Assembly: GCA_947581745.1 (NCBI GenBank)
Contig: CANPVW010000255.1
Location: 1 to 39,862, forward strand
Source: Candidatus Benthicola azotiphorus
GTDB lineage: Bacteria > Gemmatimonadota > Gemmatimonadetes > Palauibacterales > Palauibacteraceae
DNA length: 39,862 bases
Direction of reading: 5' to 3'
How positions within the stretch are numbered: the first letter of the stretch is position 1; every line of letters begins with the position of its first letter. Below are positions 33,816 to 39,862 of the stretch, one piece after another. The notes under the pieces are model-generated. The model saw only the letters and a list, made by a program, of their open reading frames with translations, made no database searches and was not told the origin of the DNA. The translations under genes were made by a program, and so were the position numbers.

Positions 33816-35102
33816 ATGGAACAGCGAGCGCAGAGGATCGGCATCCTCGTGGGCGGCGGCCCGGCCCCCGGCATCAACAGCGCGATCAGCGCCGCGGCGC
33901 TCAAGGCGATCGACGAAGGGTGCGAGGTGACGGGGATGCTGGACGGATGGGAGCACCTGATGGAAGGTCGATCGGACATGGTGCGTCCCCTCCACGTGGC
34001 CGACGTGTCGCGCATTCACACGGAGGGCGGCTCCATCCTGCGCACGTCGCGCGCCAATCCTACCAAGACGCCCGAGAGCCTCGAACGCACGGTGCGGGCG
34101 TTGCGCGAGCTCGGCATCACGGGCCTGGTGACGATCGGCGGGGACGACACGGCGTTCGCGGCGCGGGAGGTGGCGGAAAAGGCCGACGGCGCGATCCGCG
34201 TGGCGCACGTGCCGAAGACGATCGACAACGACCTTCCACTTCCCGCCGACATGCCGACCTTCGGGTACGAGACGGCCCGATACGTCGGGACCCACCTGTG
34301 CCTCAACCTGATGGAGGACTCGCGCACCACGAACCGCTGGTTCTTCGTCGTCGTGATGGGACGGAAGGCGGGTCACCTGGCGCTCGGAATCGGCCGCGCC
34401 GCGGGCGCCACGCTCACCATCATTCCCGAGGAGTTCGCGCGCGAGAGGATCACGTTCGACGACGTGTGCACGATACTCGAAGGTGCGATCCTCAAGCGGC
34501 GGGCGCAGGGCCGGCGTGACGGAGTGGCGATCATCGCCGAGGGGATCGGCGAGAAGATGGACCCGGCGGAGCTGGCCACGCTTCCGGGCGTGCACGTGGA
34601 ATACGATGCGTACGACCACATCCGGCTCGCCGAGATCCCGATGGAGACGATCCTCAAGCGGGCCGTCCAGAAGCGTTTCGGGGAGCGCGGCGACAAGGTC
34701 ACGATCACGGACCTGCGGCTCGGTTACGAGCTTCGGTGCGCGCCACCGATCACGTTCGACATCGATTACACGCGGACGCTCGGCTTCGGGGCGGCGAGGT
34801 TCCTGCTTTCCGAGCCGAGGGACGACGCGCTGCGCGTCGGCGGCGTCGTGAGCCTCGGTCGGGGCGGACACGTGCGGGTGCTTCCGTTCGACGATTTTCG
34901 CGATCCGGAGACGGGCCGCACCCGGGTGCGCACGGTGGACATGGGGTCCGAGGCATACGCGGTGGCGCGGCAGTACATGTTGCGGCTCGAGCCCTGGGAC
35001 CTGCGGAACCCGGAGATGCTGGAGAGCCTGGCTCGCCAGGCGCACACGGACACGGCCACCTTCCGGGCCCGCTTCGGCCCGGCCGTGGGCCTGGAGCCGT
35101 GA
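33816..35102 (+). CDS. pfk: 6-phosphofructokinase with pyrophosphate-dependent-type signature residues
   Basis: 428 aa. Motifs GILVGGGPAPGIN, TIGGDDTAF (Asp where ATP-dependent PFKs have Gly in GGDGS), VPKTIDNDL (Lys where ATP-dependent PFKs have Gly) and MGRKAGHLAL. Confidence 0.88.
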   Translation: MEQRAQRIGILVGGGPAPGINSAISAAALKAIDEGCEVTGMLDGWEHLMEGRSDMVRPLHVADVSRIHTEGGSILRTSRANPTKTPESLERTVRALRELGITGLVTIGGDDTAFAAREVAEKADGAIRVAHVPKTIDNDLPLPADMPTFGYETARYVGTHLCLNLMEDSRTTNRWFFVVVMGRKAGHLALGIGRAAGATLTIIPEEFARERITFDDVCTILEGAILKRRAQGRRDGVAIIAEGIGEKMDPAELATLPGVHVEYDAYDHIRLAEIPMETILKRAVQKRFGERGDKVTITDLRLGYELRCAPPITFDIDYTRTLGFGAARFLLSEPRDDALRVGGVVSLGRGGHVRVLPFDDFRDPETGRTRVRTVDMGSEAYAVARQYMLRLEPWDLRNPEMLESLARQAHTDTATFRARFGPAVGLEP

Positions 35103-35761
35103 CGGAGCGCCGCTTCGACGCCGTACTGTTCGACCTCGACGGGACCCTGATCGACAGCGAGCGGCTCATCCTCGCCTCTTACCGCCACACGATGCAGGCA
35201 CACCTGGGACACGTGCCTCCGGAAGACGCGTGGAAGGCCACAATCGGCCAACCTCTCGTGGTGCAGATGAAGATGTTCGCCGCGGACGAAGACGAGGCCG
35301 CCGCGATGATCCGCACGTACGTGGAGCACAACCTGGCGAACCACGACGACTACGTGCGCCAGTTTCCCGGCGTGCTGCCGGTGGTCGAGGAGATCCGCCG
35401 CTCCGGCGTGTCCCTCGGAATCGTGACGAGCAAGAAGGGCCGGGCCACCCGCATGGGCCTGGCGCGATGCGAGCTTCCAGCCGAGTGGTTCGGGGCGATC
35501 GTCACGGCGGACGACGTGACGCGGCACAAGCCCGAACCCGAGCCGGTGCTTACGGCCCTGCAGTGGATGGGGGTCGGGGCGGATCGGGCCCTGTTCGTGG
35601 GGGACAGCACGCACGACATGCGGTCCGGACGGGCGGCGGGCGTGACGACCGCCGCCGCCCTGTGGGGGCCCTACACCCGCTCGCAGCTCGAGCCGACGGA
35701 CCCCGACATCTGGCTGGAGGCGCCGGAAGACCTGCTTCCAGCGCTCGGAATCACCCCCTGA
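35099..35761 (+). CDS. HAD-IA family hydrolase (PpaX pyrophosphatase / phosphoglycolate phosphatase-like)
   Basis: The GTG at 35099 overlaps the pfk TGA stop (GTGA). HAD motifs: FDLDGTLIDS (I), GIVTSK (II) and K...VGDSTHD (III/IV). Confidence 0.8.
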   Translation: MTERRFDAVLFDLDGTLIDSERLILASYRHTMQAHLGHVPPEDAWKATIGQPLVVQMKMFAADEDEAAAMIRTYVEHNLANHDDYVRQFPGVLPVVEEIRRSGVSLGIVTSKKGRATRMGLARCELPAEWFGAIVTADDVTRHKPEPEPVLTALQWMGVGADRALFVGDSTHDMRSGRAAGVTTAAALWGPYTRSQLEPTDPDIWLEAPEDLLPALGITP

Positions 35762-35771
35762 AGGCAGCCGG

Positions 35772-38381
35772 TCACGCTGCCGCCGGCCTGAGGGCCACCG
35801 CCATCGCGTCGTCCAGCGTCTCCGCGTAGACGAAATCCAGTGCCTCGCGCACGCTCTCCGGGAGCTCCGAGACGTCTCCCTCGTTGTCCTTCGGGAGAAC
35901 GATCCGCTTGATGCCGGCGCGCAGGGCCCCGAGCACCTTCTCCTTCACCCCGCCGATCCCGAGGACGCGTCCCGTCAGGGTCAGCTCGCCCGTCATCGCC
36001 ACGTCAGCCGCCACCGGCCGTCCGCTGAGGGCGCTGATCATCGCCATCGCCATCGCGATCCCGGCGGACGGTCCTTCCTTCGGCACGGCCCCGGCCGGCA
36101 CGTGGATGTGGATCTGCTGGTCCTTCAGCATCTTCTCGCCGATCCCCAGGCGATCGGCGTTGCTGCGGGCGTAGGTGAGCGCCGCCTGGGCGCTCTCCTT
36201 CATCACGTCGCCCAGCTGTCCGGTGAGGACGAGGCCGTCCTTGCCCTCCATCACCGAGCACTCGACGCGCATGATGTCGCCGCCCACCGGCGTGTAGTAC
36301 ATGCCGGTCGAGACGCCGACCGTGTCCTCTTCCAGTCGCTTCTCCGGGTGCACCTTGGGCTGGCCGAGCAGGTCGCGCAGGTCGCCCACGCCCACCGTCA
36401 CCGTTTCCGCGTCGCCGCCCGCGATGCGCCGCGCGCTCTTGCGGGCGATCGAACCCAGCTCCCGCTCCAGATTCCGCACCCCGGCCTCGCGCGTGTAGCT
36501 CGAGATGATCTCCTCGAGCGCTTCCGGGGCCACCTCGAGCTGGCCCTCGGACAGCCCGTTCTGCTCCATCTGACGCGGCAGGAGGTATCGCCGGGCGATC
36601 TCCAGCTTCTCCTGCGCCGTGTAACCGACGAACTCGATCGCCTCCATCCGGTCCTTCAGCGGCCCCGGGATCTGGTGGGGGAAGTTCGCCGTCGCGATGA
36701 ACAGCACGTCCGACAGGTCGAACGGGATGCCGAGATAGTGATCCACGAACGAATCGTTCTGGGCCGGGTCCAGTACCTCCATGAGGGCAGCCGAAGGGTC
36801 TCCCTGGAAGGAGACGCCGAGCTTGTCCACCTCGTCGAGCAGGAACACCGGATTGTTGCTTCCCGCCCGCTTGAGGCCCTCGATGATCCGGCCCGGCAGG
36901 GCGCCGACGTAAGTTCGGCGGTGGCCCCGGATGTCCGCTTCGTCCCGGGCGCCGCCCAGAGACACGCGCACGTACTTGCGGCCCATCGCATCGGCGATCG
37001 ACTTGGCGATCGAGGTCTTTCCGGTGCCCGGAGGCCCGACGAACAGCACCGTCTGGCCCGTCCTGTCGTCCGCCTGACCGGGCGCGCGCTCTCTGGAGCC
37101 GTTCTCCGGCTCATCGGCGGCCACCGGAGCCTCGTCCTCTCCGAGCTCCTCGGCGATCTCCGGCGGCATCTCCCCCGTCGCTTCCGCGGCCGCCTTCGCC
37201 TCGGCGGCGGCCTCGTTGCGCCGCTCCTGCAGGCTGCGCACCGCCAGGAAGTCGAGCACCCGGTCCTTCACGTCGTTGAGGCCGTAGTGATCCCGCTCGA
37301 GGATCTCCTCCGCCCGCTTCAGGTCCAGTCGGTCCTCCGTGTGAACGCTCCACGGGAGGTCGGCGACCGTCTCCAGGAACGTGCGGATCACCTGCGATTC
37401 CGCCGCTTCGCGCGGAATGCGCTCGAGCCTCCGCAGCTCTCGATCGACCTCGGTCCTCGCCTCCTCGGGCAGGTCGAGCGCTTCGAGGCGCTCCCGCAGC
37501 TCCTGGAGGTCCTCCAGGTCGGCGTCGTCCCCGAGCTCGCTCTGGATCGCCTTCATCTGCTCCCGCAGGAAGACCTCCCGCTGCCGCTCGCCCAGCTCCT
37601 CCTGCACCTTGCTGCGGATCTGGGCCTGCGCCTCCAGCACGCCGATCTGGCGCTGCAGGTGCAGAAGCAGCTTACGCAGGCGGTCCTCCACCGAGAGCGT
37701 CTCGAGCAGGTCCTGCTTCTCGGGCACTTCGAGCTCCGTGTAGAAGGCGACGAGGTCCGCCAGCTCGCCGCCGCTCGTCACGCCGCCCAGCAGATGGTCC
37801 ACGATCTCCTTGGGCACTCCCCGCAGGCGGCTCAACTGGGCCGCGCGCTCCCGCACTTCCTTGTGGAGGGCCGTGTAAGCGGAATCCTCGTCGTTCAGGG
37901 GTGGCATGTCCTGCATGCGCCGCACCACGGCCTCGAGGAATTCGCCCCGCTCCGTGAACTCCAGCACCGCGCCACGCCCAGTGCCCTGCACGACGAGCTG
38001 GATGCCGCCCGGAACACGCTGCATCTGCGCGATGCGGCAGATCGTCCCTATCCGGTACAGCCCCTCGGGCGTCGGCTCCTCGGTCTCGGCGTCCAGCTGA
38101 GAGACGGCGATCAGGCGCTTCGATCCCTGCAGGGCGTGCTCGATGGCCGCCAGCGTCTTCTCGCGCCCGGCGGCGATCGGAGCTGCCACGGACGGGAAGA
38201 CCACGGTGCCGCGAAGCGGCAGCACGGGCAGCCGGGCCCGCTCCTCCAGCGTCTCCACGGCGTCGTCGTCCGACTCGTCGTCCTCATCCCAGGCGATGTG
38301 GACCTCCTCCATGCCGGCCGGAACGTCTTCGGATTCCGCTTGGTAGAGGGTATACGAACGTGTATTCTTCTGATCGTGCAT
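35772..38381 (-). CDS. lon: ATP-dependent Lon protease (LonA type) with an acidic N-terminal extension and an acidic insertion before Walker A
   Basis: 869 aa. Has a LON N-domain (LPVLPLRGTVVFP), Walker A GPPGTGKTS, Walker B VFLLDEVDK, catalytic PKEGPSAGIAMA (Ser) and GGVKEKVLGA (Lys). Confidence 0.96.
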   Translation of the reverse strand: MHDQKNTRSYTLYQAESEDVPAGMEEVHIAWDEDDESDDDAVETLEERARLPVLPLRGTVVFPSVAAPIAAGREKTLAAIEHALQGSKRLIAVSQLDAETEEPTPEGLYRIGTICRIAQMQRVPGGIQLVVQGTGRGAVLEFTERGEFLEAVVRRMQDMPPLNDEDSAYTALHKEVRERAAQLSRLRGVPKEIVDHLLGGVTSGGELADLVAFYTELEVPEKQDLLETLSVEDRLRKLLLHLQRQIGVLEAQAQIRSKVQEELGERQREVFLREQMKAIQSELGDDADLEDLQELRERLEALDLPEEARTEVDRELRRLERIPREAAESQVIRTFLETVADLPWSVHTEDRLDLKRAEEILERDHYGLNDVKDRVLDFLAVRSLQERRNEAAAEAKAAAEATGEMPPEIAEELGEDEAPVAADEPENGSRERAPGQADDRTGQTVLFVGPPGTGKTSIAKSIADAMGRKYVRVSLGGARDEADIRGHRRTYVGALPGRIIEGLKRAGSNNPVFLLDEVDKLGVSFQGDPSAALMEVLDPAQNDSFVDHYLGIPFDLSDVLFIATANFPHQIPGPLKDRMEAIEFVGYTAQEKLEIARRYLLPRQMEQNGLSEGQLEVAPEALEEIISSYTREAGVRNLERELGSIARKSARRIAGGDAETVTVGVGDLRDLLGQPKVHPEKRLEEDTVGVSTGMYYTPVGGDIMRVECSVMEGKDGLVLTGQLGDVMKESAQAALTYARSNADRLGIGEKMLKDQQIHIHVPAGAVPKEGPSAGIAMAMAMISALSGRPVAADVAMTGELTLTGRVLGIGGVKEKVLGALRAGIKRIVLPKDNEGDVSELPESVREALDFVYAETLDDAMAVALRPAAA

Positions 38382-38435
38382 GATCTGCGATCTCGTTTCC
38401 GTGTAGTAAGGTCGAGCCCGGCCGCTCCCGTCCTG

Positions 38436-38464
38436 CCGACGGGCGCCGTGCCTCCAGGTATACT
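38436..38464 (+). promoter_or_regulatory. Candidate promoter for the phosphoesterase gene: CCGACG-N17-TATACT
   Basis: A good -10 hexamer TATACT lies at 38459-38464. The -35 hexamer CCGACG at 38436-38441 is weak (4 of 6 to TTGACG). Confidence 0.3.
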
Positions 38465-38542
38465 ATCGCGTTCTCCCCCGGTTGCGCAGGAACCGGGCCG
38501 GCACCCGGCCTCCCGAGCCACCCCCTCCCCGGCCGTTCTGGC

Positions 38543-39862
38543 ATGGAAGGGCGCCCGCACGTGAAACCGGTCCGCCAACCCGGCAGTACGTCCGGCCCGA
38601 AGCGAGCACCCCGGCCCGGGGCGGGCCCCGTGCTCGTCGCGGCCGTCTCCTGCGTGGCGGCCTGCTACCCCAGACCCGTCGATCCGGTCGGCGTTCCACG
38701 GGCGCCCGCGGCCTTCGTGCGCGAGCCGTACCTCCAGATGGTGAGCGACAGCGCCGCCTCGGTGCTGTGGATGAGCCCGCCGGGGTCGACGGACAGCGCG
38801 TGGTACCGGGTGCCGGAGGTGGACTCGAGCTGGACGCCGGCGACCCTCCGGAGCCACGGGAAGGGCACGCGGCGCACGGACCTGGGCCCGCTTCCGGCGG
38901 CGACGACGGTCGAGTACCGGGTGTCGGCGGACGGCGACAGGCTGGGTCCGTACGCCTTCCGGACGGCGCCTCCGACCGGCGCCGCGAGCGACGTGCGGGT
39001 TCTCCTGTTCGGCGATTCCGGGTGGGGCGGACCGGAACAGATCGAGCTCGCCCGGCTCATGCGACGGGAGGAATGGGACCTGTCGATCCACGTGGGGGAC
39101 ATCGCCTACGACCACGGATCGGAGAGCGAGCTGACGGAGCGGCACTTCCGGGTGTACGCCCCGCTGTTCGCCTCGACGCCCTTCTACCCGGCGGTCGGGA
39201 ACCACGACGTCCGGGCCGACGGGGGCCGGCCCTACGATGCGGCCTTCCTGTGGCCGGCACCGTTCCCGGGCGTCCGGTACTACGAGTTCCGCTGGGGCCG
39301 GATCCAGTTCGTGTCCGTGGACACGTCGAGCGGGACGGATGACGTGAGCCAGCTCCGGCAGGGCCGCGGCCGCCAGATGGACTGGCTAGAGGAGGTCCTG
39401 AAGGGCGCCGCCGCGGACGCCTCGGTGGACTGGATCATCGTGTTCCAGCATCATCCGCTGTACAGCCACGCGATCGGGATCAGCGGGCACGAGCTGGACG
39501 CCGATCTACGCGAGCGCCTGCTGCCGCTGTACGAGCGCTACGGCGTGGACCTCGTCGCCGCCGGCCACGACCACCACTACGAGCGCACGTGGCCGATCCG
39601 GGCGGGCCACCGGGTCGAGGACGGTTGCGGTCCCGTGCACGTGCTGACCGGCGGGGGAGGGGCTTCCCGGTACGCGCGCGACATCACGGAGACTCCGCTC
39701 GTGGCGACGGCGCAGCGGGTGTACGAGTACGTGGAGCTGGACGTCACGGCGGACCGGATCCGCGGGCGCACCCTGGACCGCGACGGCCAGGTGGTGGACG
39801 AGTTCACGGTGCGCCGGTACGCCGGGACAGAAGCCGGCCTGCCGGGAAAATGCGCGGAGTGA
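38543..39862 (+). CDS. Purple-acid-phosphatase-like metallophosphoesterase, probable lipoprotein
   Basis: Motifs GDSGWG, GDIAYDHG, GNHD, VFQHHPLYS and GHDHHYER. The N-terminus has LVAAVSCVAAC (lipobox-like). The stop codon is the last three bases of the window. An alternative start is the GTG at 38561. Confidence 0.85.
   Translation: MEGRPHVKPVRQPGSTSGPKRAPRPGAGPVLVAAVSCVAACYPRPVDPVGVPRAPAAFVREPYLQMVSDSAASVLWMSPPGSTDSAWYRVPEVDSSWTPATLRSHGKGTRRTDLGPLPAATTVEYRVSADGDRLGPYAFRTAPPTGAASDVRVLLFGDSGWGGPEQIELARLMRREEWDLSIHVGDIAYDHGSESELTERHFRVYAPLFASTPFYPAVGNHDVRADGGRPYDAAFLWPAPFPGVRYYEFRWGRIQFVSVDTSSGTDDVSQLRQGRGRQMDWLEEVLKGAAADASVDWIIVFQHHPLYSHAIGISGHELDADLRERLLPLYERYGVDLVAAGHDHHYERTWPIRAGHRVEDGCGPVHVLTGGGGASRYARDITETPLVATAQRVYEYVELDVTADRIRGRTLDRDGQVVDEFTVRRYAGTEAGLPGKCAE

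Noticed and set aside
36102-38564. An 820-aa plus-strand ORF.
   Set aside because: It is antisense to lon. It has the low-complexity Arg/Leu/His/Gln composition typical of mirror frames in GC-rich DNA, and it runs through the lon/phosphoesterase divergent spacer.
1-39862. A whole-window scan for CRISPR-like regularly spaced repeats, tRNA or rRNA genes, IS elements or transposases, integrases and long direct or inverted terminal repeats.
   Set aside because: None were seen by eye. All spacers longer than 90 nt are accounted for by promoter- or terminator-like elements. A computational repeat, tRNA and ncRNA scan (tRNAscan-SE, Infernal/Rfam, self-dotplot) would be needed to exclude small elements.

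Overview
GC-rich, tightly packed bacterial chromosomal segment. I support 32 protein-coding genes. I found no rRNA, tRNA, CRISPR array, transposase or integrase. Coding frames were chosen by recognisable protein motifs, third-position G/C bias and start-site context. Most long ORFs in the six-frame track are antisense artefacts of the GC-rich composition.

Content is mostly housekeeping:
- Replication and repair: polA, priA.
- Proteolysis and stress: lon, a cold-shock protein, msrA.
- Translation and export: yciH, tatA.
- Central metabolism: maeB, a 6-phosphofructokinase.
- Envelope: an Slt-type lytic transglycosylase, an MscS channel, an Omp85-like barrel.
- Regulation: a sigma-70 factor, a PP2C phosphatase.
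- Several lineage-specific lipoproteins and secreted proteins of unknown function.

The phylum is not determinable from here. The style is compatible with Gemmatimonadota-like lineages, but that is a guess.

I did not find a clear defence, mobile or toxin-type system. The most unusual locus is a xanthine-oxidase-family molybdoenzyme operon at 26553-32336. Its FAD subunit carries a Cys-rich insertion with the spacing I recall for the [4Fe-4S] loop of 4-hydroxybenzoyl-CoA reductase HcrB. That subunit is separated from the 2Fe-2S and Mo subunits by msrA and an aminotransferase.

Secondary observations:
- A PPi-type phosphofructokinase translationally coupled to a PpaX-like HAD hydrolase.
- A shortened RemA/DUF370-like protein with a novel C-terminal tail.
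- A dense palindrome and direct-repeat cluster in the 33547-33815 divergent spacer.
- A recurrent TTGAC(G)-N17/18-TAnnnT promoter-like pattern.
- Head-to-head genes sharing a CATG start tetranucleotide.
- A signal-peptide ORF with no canonical start codon.
- A large acidic insertion in Lon.

All functional calls rest on motif recognition by eye, not on database searches.
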